Below are positions 29,317 to 36,912 of a stretch of 39,101 bases of DNA, piece by piece; position 1 is the first letter of the stretch; each line of letters begins with the position of its first letter. The notes under the pieces were generated by a model that ran no database searches, was not told the origin of the DNA, and saw nothing but the letters and a program-made list of their open reading frames with translations. The stretch comes from a virus (lineage: Duplodnaviria > Caudoviricetes), in IMG/VR virus record IMGVR_UViG_3300020161_002896, positions 1 to 39,101 of that record. One strand, 5' to 3'. Position numbers and translations under genes: made by a program.

Positions 29317-29751
29317 ATGAAAATGACAAAAAAGTTTGATAAACTCAATGAAACCTTCAACGTTGATGGTGAGATAGTTCCTGTCGAATCAGAAGCGGTT
29401 ATTGAAAAGGTAGAAAAGATATCGACAGTGGTTGATGATATAAAAAAAGATTATGATTATACTAGAGGAAATTTATATTCTCTTATTGAAAAAGGTCAAG
29501 AAGCAATCAATGGAATTCTTGAATTAGCGCAAGAAAGCGAGATGCCTCGTGCTTATGAAGTTGCAGGGCAATTAATTAAGAATGTTGCTGATGCAACTGA
29601 TAAGTTAATGGATCTCCAAAAGAAACTCAAAGATATTGAAGAAGAAAAGGTAGGTAAAGGTCCTACAACTGTTAACAATGCACTTTTTGTTGGATCCACT
29701 GCAGAATTAGCAAAACTTCTAAAGCAACAGACGGAAAATGAAAACGTTTAA
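29317..29751 (+). CDS. gp16: Terminase small subunit gp16
   Basis: DY.Y.R.NLY.LIEKGQEA, A.ESE.PRAYEVAGQLIK and NNALFVGSTAEL.KLL motifs. The start could be ATG 29317 or 29323. Confidence 0.93.
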   Translation: MKMTKKFDKLNETFNVDGEIVPVESEAVIEKVEKISTVVDDIKKDYDYTRGNLYSLIEKGQEAINGILELAQESEMPRAYEVAGQLIKNVADATDKLMDLQKKLKDIEEEKVGKGPTTVNNALFVGSTAELAKLLKQQTENENV

Positions 29752-29893
29752 ACAGTTTCAAGAAGATTGGACTAATAAATATAAAAAGAATATTGATTGC
29801 TTAAATCCAAAAGGATTCTCTCAACGTGCTCACTGTGCAGCGAGAAGAAAGAGAGCAAAAGGTGAGCAGACTAAATCAAAACCAGTTGAATAA
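29738..29893 (+). CDS. 51-aa basic peptide with an N-terminal capsid-targeting-like sequence; not in ORF track
   Basis: Translation MKTFKQFQEDWTNKYKKNIDCLNPKGFSQRAHCAARRKRAKGEQTKSKPVE*. Overlaps the end of g16, and its stop overlaps the next ATG (TAATG). Confidence 0.8.
   Translation: MKTFKQFQEDWTNKYKKNIDCLNPKGFSQRAHCAARRKRAKGEQTKSKPVE
29775..29781 (+). promoter_or_regulatory. Possible late promoter inside the 51-aa ORF, upstream of the 577-aa gene
   Basis: AATAAATA encoded by the N-K-Y codons, about 110 nt before ATG 29893. Confidence 0.45.
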
Positions 29894-31626
29894 TGCCTAA
29901 GATCAAGTCACATAAAACAGTTGAGCAAATTGCAAAGAAGCATCGGATGGATGTTTCTTTCATACAAAAGCAGCTTGATATTGGCGAACCCATTGAGCAT
30001 GAACATACTAAAGATCATGAACTTGCAATGGATATTGCTCTTCAACATCTTGATGAAATTCCAGATTATTATACTCGTTTGAAGAAAATGGAAGCAGATG
30101 CTAAAAAGCATCATAAAAAGTTTAAAGACGTTACTGAAGAAGGTCTTCGTGATTGGTTTGGTAAGTCTAAATCGAGTGATGGTAAGTCCGGGTGGGTGAA
30201 TGTAGTAACTGGTGGTACATGTGCAAGTGATGAACCTGGAGAAGGAACCCCAAAATGTGTTTCTTCTGCAAAAAGAGCAAGCATGACTCCAGCAGAGAGA
30301 CTTTCATCATCTAGAAGAAAAAAAGAAGCAGATCCTGGACAACAGCAGAAAACAGGAGCTGCAAAACCAACATATGTTTCTACAGACTCCACTAAAAAGA
30401 AAATGAAAGAAGAAATGGAAGTACAGGAAGCAAAAGATAAACCAGGTAAGGGTAGTGGTAAAAAAGATGCTTGTTACAATAAAGTAAAGTCAAGATACGA
30501 TGTATGGCCAAGTGCATATGCTTCAGGTGCTTTGGTCAAATGTCGTAAAGTTGGTGCAGATAACTGGGGAACTAAATCGGAGGAAACCATGCACGAAGAA
30601 GAAAGATACTGTCCATTATGTGATAAAAGAGAAACGAGATCACAGTGTTCTTATGGCGAAAAAGCATGGGATAAAGTTTCTGTAAAGGATGAAGAATATT
30701 CAATGGCAAGATCAGAACTTAAAACGATTGAAGATGCAGTAAAAAGACTTAAGGCAAAGGTTGGTAAAGGAGAAGGTGATCTGGAAGCATGGGTGCAGTC
30801 AAAAATTACCAAGGCAGCAGACTACATTGATACTGCAGCAGATTATATTGCTAGTGGAGAAATGGAAGAGCAAAAACTGGTTGATAAAATTTTAGATGAT
30901 GTTTTATCTGAAAAGTGCTGGCCTGGTTATAAAAAGAAAGGTATGAAGACAATGTTTGGAAAAAGGTATCCAAACTGTGTAAAGGCAGAGGATGTAACTA
31001 TTGAAGATGCAAATGGAAATACCTTTGCAGAAGTGGTTGATTTAATTAAACCAGAACCAATCAAAGGATTTAAGTCACAAGTAGATGAAGCAACAAGACT
31101 TCAGGCACAAACAGGAAATGTTGTAGCAGTCACTCTAATGTGGAGAGGAAAATATTACTCATTGAGAATGTTCTTCCCACAAATTAAAACACCATCACGT
31201 CAAGAAATCAATGATGAACTTCAAAAGGTTTATCCTGGATCAAGGGTAGTTTATCATTCAGTATCAGAATTTACTTCTGGAGAACCGATTATTCAGGCAT
31301 TTGGTCCTCAGGGGGGAAGTTTAGCAAAACCAGGACCAAGCAAAGCATATGTAAAACCATATGGTGAGCAAGTTGAGTTAGAAGAAGAAGGACCATCTCT
31401 GTCTGTAGGTAGAGGAGAAAAACTTCCTGTAAGTAGAGGTGGAGGTCTTACTAAAAAAGGAAGAGAAAAATATAATCGTGCCACAGGATCCAATTTACAG
31501 GCACCAGTAACTGGAGATGTAGAACCAGGAAGTAAAGCAGCAAAACGTCGTAAAGCATTTTGCTCTCGCAGTAGAAGTTGGAAAGGAGAAAGAGGATTAG
31601 CGGCGAGGAGACGTTGGAAGTGCTAA
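29893..31626 (+). CDS. 577-aa modular, highly charged protein; putative internal head polyprotein
   Basis: Long ORF of alternating Lys/Arg-rich modules (several with Cys pairs) and Glu-rich linkers, in the g16-g17 variable interval. Confidence 0.85.
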   Translation: MPKIKSHKTVEQIAKKHRMDVSFIQKQLDIGEPIEHEHTKDHELAMDIALQHLDEIPDYYTRLKKMEADAKKHHKKFKDVTEEGLRDWFGKSKSSDGKSGWVNVVTGGTCASDEPGEGTPKCVSSAKRASMTPAERLSSSRRKKEADPGQQQKTGAAKPTYVSTDSTKKKMKEEMEVQEAKDKPGKGSGKKDACYNKVKSRYDVWPSAYASGALVKCRKVGADNWGTKSEETMHEEERYCPLCDKRETRSQCSYGEKAWDKVSVKDEEYSMARSELKTIEDAVKRLKAKVGKGEGDLEAWVQSKITKAADYIDTAADYIASGEMEEQKLVDKILDDVLSEKCWPGYKKKGMKTMFGKRYPNCVKAEDVTIEDANGNTFAEVVDLIKPEPIKGFKSQVDEATRLQAQTGNVVAVTLMWRGKYYSLRMFFPQIKTPSRQEINDELQKVYPGSRVVYHSVSEFTSGEPIIQAFGPQGGSLAKPGPSKAYVKPYGEQVELEEEGPSLSVGRGEKLPVSRGGGLTKKGREKYNRATGSNLQAPVTGDVEPGSKAAKRRKAFCSRSRSWKGERGLAARRRWKC

Positions 31627-31627
31627 T

Positions 31628-31675
31628 TCATACCTTTTCATTACATAAATAATATAAAGTAATGAAAAGGTATGA
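31628..31675 (+). promoter_or_regulatory. Perfect 17-bp inverted repeat with a late promoter in the loop and the endonuclease RBS/ATG in the 3' arm
   Basis: TCATACCTTTTCATTAC (31628-31644), loop ATAAATAATATAAA, then GTAATGAAAAGGTATGA (31659-31675). The ATG is at 31672. Confidence 0.9.
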
Positions 31676-32079
31676 GCACTAAAATTTGTACTAGATGTAA
31701 AGAAGAGAAATCAAGAGATACTGTAAGTTTTCCTCCACACAATAAGTGCAAAGATGGGTTAGATAGTTGGTGTAGAAAATGTAGGGCATCTTATAGGAGT
31801 GAAATTAACAGAGGAAAATTTAGAGGGCAACTTCCTGACGATAAAGTTAAAGAGTTAAGAAAGCAAGAGAAATGTGATATATGTGGAGGAAATGAGTTTG
31901 CTGGATCGAGAAATAATAAACACTTAGGGAAAGTTTATTCTTTAGTTATGGACCATAATCACCAAACAGGAAAATTCAGAGGAATGCTCTGCAATCATTG
32001 CAATAGAGGATTAGGAAATTTTAAAGATAACATGCAAAATTTGGAAAATGCAATTTTATACTTAAAAAGTAGAGGTTAA
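31672..32079 (+). CDS. Endonuclease VII-family (His-Me finger) nuclease, probable free-standing homing endonuclease
   Basis: C.IC...L.MDHNH.TGKFRGMLCNHCNRGLG.F.D matches the Endonuclease_7 signature. It also has an N-terminal CxxC...CxxC finger. Confidence 0.88.
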   Translation: MSTKICTRCKEEKSRDTVSFPPHNKCKDGLDSWCRKCRASYRSEINRGKFRGQLPDDKVKELRKQEKCDICGGNEFAGSRNNKHLGKVYSLVMDHNHQTGKFRGMLCNHCNRGLGNFKDNMQNLENAILYLKSRG

Positions 32080-32085
32080 TTCATT

Positions 32086-33732
32086 ATGTCTGATGTTTAT
32101 CTTGGTAATCCGCTTTTAAAAAAAGCAAATACTCCTATTGAATTTACTCAAGAACAAATTCTTGAGTTCGTTAAATGTAAAGATGATCCTGTTTACTTTG
32201 CAAACAATTATGTAAAAATTGTAACTCTGGACCATGGTCTGCAAACTTTTAAACCATATCATTTCCAAGAAAAGTTAATTAATAATTTTCACAATAACAG
32301 ATTTAATATCTGTAAGATGCCGCGACAGACTGGTAAATCCACTACTGTGGTATCTTTTTTGCTTCACTATGCTGTTTTCAATGATAACGTAAATATTGGT
32401 ATTCTTGCAAACAAAGCAGCAACTGCAAGAGAACTTTTAGATCGTCTTCAGACTGCTTATGAGAATCTTCCAAAGTGGATGCAACAAGGGATTATTTCTT
32501 GGAATAAAGGTTCTTTAGAACTTGAAAATGGTTCTAAGATTTTGGCAGCATCAACTTCTGCATCTGCTGTCCGAGGAATGTCATTCAATATTTTGTTCTT
32601 GGACGAATTTGCATTCGTTCCAAATCATATTGCAGACTCATTTTTTGCGTCAGTTTATCCCACAATTACTTCAGGTAAACAAACGAAAGTAATTATTGTA
32701 TCTACACCACACGGTATGAATCACTTCTACCGAATGTGGCATGATGCTGAAAAAGGTAAAAATGAATATGTATTCACCGATGTTCATTGGAGTGAAGTTC
32801 CTGGTAGAGATGAGGAGTGGAAAAAACAAACTATTGCGAACACAAGTGAACAGCAGTTCAAAGTTGAGTTTGAGTGTGAATTTCTTGGATCTGTTGATAC
32901 ACTTATTTCTCCAAGTAAACTTAGGTCTCTCGTATATGATCACCCAAAGACCAGCAGCGGCGGTCTAGACGTTCATGAGGATCCAATAGATAATCATGAC
33001 TACTTAATGACTGTGGACGTTGCTAGAGGCGTAGGGAACGACTACTCAGCGTTTACTGTAGTTGATATCACTACATTTCCCCACCAAGTAGTTGCAAAAT
33101 ATAGAAACAATGAAATTAAACCAATGCTTTTTCCAAGCATTGTCGTAGATGTAGCAAAAAATTATAATAGTGCATATATCTTATGTGAAGTGAATGATGT
33201 TGGAGATCAAGTAGCATCAATTATTCACTATGATCTTGAATATAATAATCTTCTTATGTGCTCAATGAGAGGAAGAGCGGGTCAGATTGTTGGGCAAGGA
33301 TTTTCTGGAAAGAAAACTCAACTTGGAGTTAAGATGTCCAAAACCGTTAAAAAGGTAGGTTGTCTCAACTTAAAAACAATGATTGAAGAGAGTAAACTTC
33401 TTTTTAAAGATTATGAAATAATGAGTGAGCTTACAACTTTTATTCAGAAACACAACTCCTTTGAAGCAGAAGAGGGTTGTAATGATGACTTGGCAATGTG
33501 CCTTGTAATATATGCTTGGTTGGTTGCTCAGGATTACTTTAAAGAACTGACCGATCAAGATGTTAGAAAGCGTTTGTATGAGGAACAAAAAAATCAAATA
33601 GAACAGGATATGGCACCTTTTGGATTTGTTGCCGATGGACTCGACGAATCTAGTTTTGTTGATAATGATGGAGATAGATGGTATACAGATGAATATGGAG
33701 ATCGCTCATACATGTGGGAATACTTATCATAA
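32086..33732 (+). CDS. gp17: Terminase large subunit gp17
   Basis: Walker A PRQTGKSTT, Walker B ILFLDEFAF, coupling motif VSTPHG, and nuclease motifs VDVARG and NDDLAM. 548 aa, uninterrupted. Confidence 0.97.
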   Translation: MSDVYLGNPLLKKANTPIEFTQEQILEFVKCKDDPVYFANNYVKIVTLDHGLQTFKPYHFQEKLINNFHNNRFNICKMPRQTGKSTTVVSFLLHYAVFNDNVNIGILANKAATARELLDRLQTAYENLPKWMQQGIISWNKGSLELENGSKILAASTSASAVRGMSFNILFLDEFAFVPNHIADSFFASVYPTITSGKQTKVIIVSTPHGMNHFYRMWHDAEKGKNEYVFTDVHWSEVPGRDEEWKKQTIANTSEQQFKVEFECEFLGSVDTLISPSKLRSLVYDHPKTSSGGLDVHEDPIDNHDYLMTVDVARGVGNDYSAFTVVDITTFPHQVVAKYRNNEIKPMLFPSIVVDVAKNYNSAYILCEVNDVGDQVASIIHYDLEYNNLLMCSMRGRAGQIVGQGFSGKKTQLGVKMSKTVKKVGCLNLKTMIEESKLLFKDYEIMSELTTFIQKHNSFEAEEGCNDDLAMCLVIYAWLVAQDYFKELTDQDVRKRLYEEQKNQIEQDMAPFGFVADGLDESSFVDNDGDRWYTDEYGDRSYMWEYLS

Positions 33733-33962
33733 TGGATATTGATAAGCAGATAAGATTAGGTCATTTATTACTAACGGACAGAAAATGTAGAACTTGTGGT
33801 GAAATGAAAAATTTAGTTGGAGAATTTTATAGAACACGTAAAGATAGAGGTCCAGTTGCATCTTCATATTCTTATGAGTGCAAAGAATGTACGATCAAAA
33901 GGGTAGTAAATGCAAGAAAAAATAATCTATATTATTTGGAACCAGAATATCCTGATTGGTAG
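33732..33962 (+). CDS. Small Zn-finger protein (76 aa)
   Basis: RKCRTCGEMK...FY.......YECKEC pattern. ATG 33732 overlaps the g17 stop (TAATG) and is preferred to the track's start at 33714. Confidence 0.8.
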   Translation: MDIDKQIRLGHLLLTDRKCRTCGEMKNLVGEFYRTRKDRGPVASSYSYECKECTIKRVVNARKNNLYYLEPEYPDW

Positions 33963-34003
33963 ATATTCACGTCATGTTTCCTTCCGTGTAAAGTAACTTT
34001 TTA

Positions 34004-34010
34004 ATAAATA
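34004..34010 (+). promoter_or_regulatory. Late promoter upstream of g18
   Basis: Intergenic AATAAATA, followed by SD GGAG before ATG 34044. Confidence 0.75.
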
Positions 34011-34043
34011 ATTTTTAGTTAACTGAGATCTACGGAGAAAAAC

Positions 34044-36242
34044 ATGTCTGTTCCTCTACTATCTCCTGGCGTACTAGTCAGGGAGGTTGATTTAACGGTA
34101 GGAAGAGCTGATAATGTACTAGATAACATTGGAGCAATTGCAGGTCCTTTCGCACTTGGTCCAGTTGAAGATGCAATTGATATTACTACAGAAAACGAAT
34201 TAATTAAAGTTTTTGGAAAACCTCTTTCAACAGATGCTCAGTATGAGTATTGGATGAGTTGTTCCTCTTTCTTAAGTTATGGTGGAGTACTTAAAGTTGC
34301 AAGAGTTGATGGCGATAACCTAGTCAACGCAAATGCAATTCGTAACTCCTCTGGCGTTTCTACCGCAGGTGAGCCTACGCTCAAAATCAAGAACTTTGAT
34401 GATTATGAGGCAAATTACGCAGATGATATCGCAAACTATATTTTTTCCGCAAAGAATCCTGGTTCTTGGGCAAATAACCTTAAAGTTTGCGTAATTGACG
34501 ATAAAGCTGATCAGATTCTGACAGTTGGATCTGCGTTTACCTCAATAGCATCTGTTGGTATGGGTCTCACGACAACCCTTACTAATGTTGCTTCTGCCGG
34601 AATTGGTACAACAACAAACTTTAATGGATATCTAAAAGGCATTATTACTGGAATTGGTGCTAGCACAGTTGAAGTCAAGATCAATTCTATAGTTTCTACC
34701 GCTGGTGTAGAAACTCCAGTAGATTATGCACCAAAGTCACAACTACAATCATTTAAAGCAGCAACTGGAGGCGGAAACCTCACAGTAAGTTTGATTACTA
34801 GTGCAGGTATTGCAACGACTTCTGCAACTATTAATACTGGTACAAATCCAATTCGTGACTGGTATGATCAACAAATACTCCAATTAACTAATACTGCAAT
34901 TTATTGGAATTCGATTGCACCAAAACCAGGCACATCGCAGTATGCGGTGAACAGAAATGCAAAGAGTGATGAGATTCACGTAGTAGTTGTGGATGATACG
35001 GGAACAGTCACCGGAATCCAAGGAAACCTTCTCGAAAAGTTCACTGGACTTTCTAAAGCAACTGACGCTATTTCTGCAGTTAATTCTCCTACAAAAATAT
35101 GGTGGAAGAATTATCTTGCAGTTTATTCAAGCTATGTTTATGTTGGTGACAACCCTTCCGATGAATTAAATGTTAACGAGCCAGTAGTAGCAACTGGATT
35201 CTCAACAGCATTTACTGAATTTACCAATTCAGAAGGTTTATGGAACAGAGACGCACAAGATAGAACTTACAGTGCTCTTGGAAATGTAACTTATAACCTG
35301 AGTGGTGGTAAAGATTACTCTGATGCTGGCGGAATGACAGCAACTCTTGGAGATTTGTTTACTGCTTATAATCTTTTCTCTAACAAAGATGAAATTGAAG
35401 TTGATTATCTAATCATGGGTCCTGGTTTAGGTAATAAGTTTGAATCTCAGGCAAAAGCACAACATCTAATCTCCATTGCAAATGGAAGAAAAGATTGCAT
35501 TGCAGTGATCTCACCTCATCGTGCCGATGTTGTTGATATTACTAATACAGATACTCAGACAGATAATGTTCTTGAGTTCTTCTCATCACTTGCATCTTCA
35601 TCTTATGCAATATTTGATGCTGGTTATAAGTACACCTACGATAGATTCAACAATAAGTTCCGTTATATTCCATGTAATCCAGATGTCGCTGGTTTATGTG
35701 TAAGAACTTCTATCGTTGCTTATCCTTGGTTCTCTCCTGCAGGTCAGCAGAGAGGTATTATAAACAATGCAATTAAACTTGCATATAATCCAAATAAAGC
35801 ACAAAGAGATCAACTCTATCCACAAAGAATTAATGCAATAGTTAATCAACCTGGAATTGGTATCCTTCTCTTTGGTGATAAAACTGCTCTTGGATATGCC
35901 TCTGCATTCGACAGAATTAACGTTCGTCGTCTATTCCTAACTGTTGAGCAAGCACTCCAAAGATCTGCTCAAGCACAACTCTTCGAACTCAATGATGAGA
36001 TTACAAGAGCAAACTTTAGAAACATCGTTGAACCATACCTCCGCGATGTTCAAGCAAAGCGTGGTCTTTATGGATTCCTGGTAGTTTGCGATTCTACAAA
36101 CAACACACCTGATGTTATTGACAACAATGAGTTTAGAGCAGACATTTTCCTGAAACCTGCCAAGTCTATTAACTATGTAACTCTTACATTTGTAGCCACC
36201 AGAACTGGTGTTGCATTTGAAGAAGTTGCTGGTACTGTTTGA
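34044..36242 (+). CDS. gp18: Tail sheath protein gp18
   Basis: SPGVLVREVDLT, FLSYGG.L.V.R, PWFSPAG..RG, LFGDKT and FDRINVRRLF...IFLKPAKSINYVTL.FVATRTG motifs. Confidence 0.97.
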   Translation: MSVPLLSPGVLVREVDLTVGRADNVLDNIGAIAGPFALGPVEDAIDITTENELIKVFGKPLSTDAQYEYWMSCSSFLSYGGVLKVARVDGDNLVNANAIRNSSGVSTAGEPTLKIKNFDDYEANYADDIANYIFSAKNPGSWANNLKVCVIDDKADQILTVGSAFTSIASVGMGLTTTLTNVASAGIGTTTNFNGYLKGIITGIGASTVEVKINSIVSTAGVETPVDYAPKSQLQSFKAATGGGNLTVSLITSAGIATTSATINTGTNPIRDWYDQQILQLTNTAIYWNSIAPKPGTSQYAVNRNAKSDEIHVVVVDDTGTVTGIQGNLLEKFTGLSKATDAISAVNSPTKIWWKNYLAVYSSYVYVGDNPSDELNVNEPVVATGFSTAFTEFTNSEGLWNRDAQDRTYSALGNVTYNLSGGKDYSDAGGMTATLGDLFTAYNLFSNKDEIEVDYLIMGPGLGNKFESQAKAQHLISIANGRKDCIAVISPHRADVVDITNTDTQTDNVLEFFSSLASSSYAIFDAGYKYTYDRFNNKFRYIPCNPDVAGLCVRTSIVAYPWFSPAGQQRGIINNAIKLAYNPNKAQRDQLYPQRINAIVNQPGIGILLFGDKTALGYASAFDRINVRRLFLTVEQALQRSAQAQLFELNDEITRANFRNIVEPYLRDVQAKRGLYGFLVVCDSTNNTPDVIDNNEFRADIFLKPAKSINYVTLTFVATRTGVAFEEVAGTV

Positions 36243-36277
36243 TTTTAATTAAAACAAAAACAAGGAGGAACTAAAAA

Positions 36278-36877
36278 ATGGCTGAATCAACTATCCAAAA
36301 AATGAAATCCACACTAATTGGTGGTGGAGCAAGACCCAATCTTTTCGAAGTTAGAATTCCTGGATCTATTCCTGGTGGTGGAGTTCTTGATGATGATTTC
36401 TCTGTTCTTTGCAAAGCATCTCAACTTCCAGCATCAAATCTTGGAATGATTGATGTTCCTTTTAGAGGAAGGAACTTTAAAGTTGCTGGCGACAGAACAT
36501 TTGATGAGTGGTCAGTTACAGTTATCAACGATGAAAACTTCAAACTTAGAAGAGTTTTTGAAGATTGGATGAATTTCATTGGACAGTATGGGGATGCAAG
36601 TGGTGCTACAGAACCTAACAGTTATATGGTAGACGCTTACGTTAAGCAACTTACAAGAACTCCCGCAAACATTAGAACAACTGGAGAAAATGCAGGAACT
36701 GGAGGTGGACTAACACTTTCTGTTCCTGAAACCATTTATAAATTCCATGATATTTTTCCAACTTCTCTTAGTGCAATTGATCTAAGTTATGATTCAACTA
36801 ATGTTCTTGAAGAGTTTACTGTTTCATTCCAAGTTCAATACTGGACACCAGCAGCAAAAGGCGAGATTGGAGAATAA
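36278..36877 (+). CDS. gp19: Tail tube protein gp19
   Basis: GGGARPNLFEV, VPFRGR.FKVAGDRTFD.W.VTVINDE.F and FPT.LSAIDLSYD...EEFTV.F motifs. Strong SD AGGAGG. Confidence 0.96.
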   Translation: MAESTIQKMKSTLIGGGARPNLFEVRIPGSIPGGGVLDDDFSVLCKASQLPASNLGMIDVPFRGRNFKVAGDRTFDEWSVTVINDENFKLRRVFEDWMNFIGQYGDASGATEPNSYMVDAYVKQLTRTPANIRTTGENAGTGGGLTLSVPETIYKFHDIFPTSLSAIDLSYDSTNVLEEFTVSFQVQYWTPAAKGEIGE

Positions 36878-36883
36878 TAAATA
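36877..36883 (+). promoter_or_regulatory. Late promoter upstream of g20
   Basis: ATAAATA at the g19 stop, 29 nt before the g20 ATG. Confidence 0.7.
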
Positions 36884-36912
36884 GTCTAAAGATTTAAGTT
36901 AAAAAATAAATT

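Noticed and set aside
33714-33731. Track start for the Zn-finger ORF (MGILII...)
   Set aside because: The ATG at 33732 overlapping the g17 stop fits the coupling pattern seen throughout the window.
32086-33732. Intron or intein in terminase g17, suggested by the adjacent endonuclease
   Set aside because: g17 is a continuous 548-aa ORF with all motifs at normal spacing, and the nuclease is free-standing upstream.
33966-33991. Weak hairpin TTCACG...CGTGTAA before the g18 promoter as a terminator
   Set aside because: It has only 4 contiguous strong pairs and a 13-nt loop, which is not enough support.
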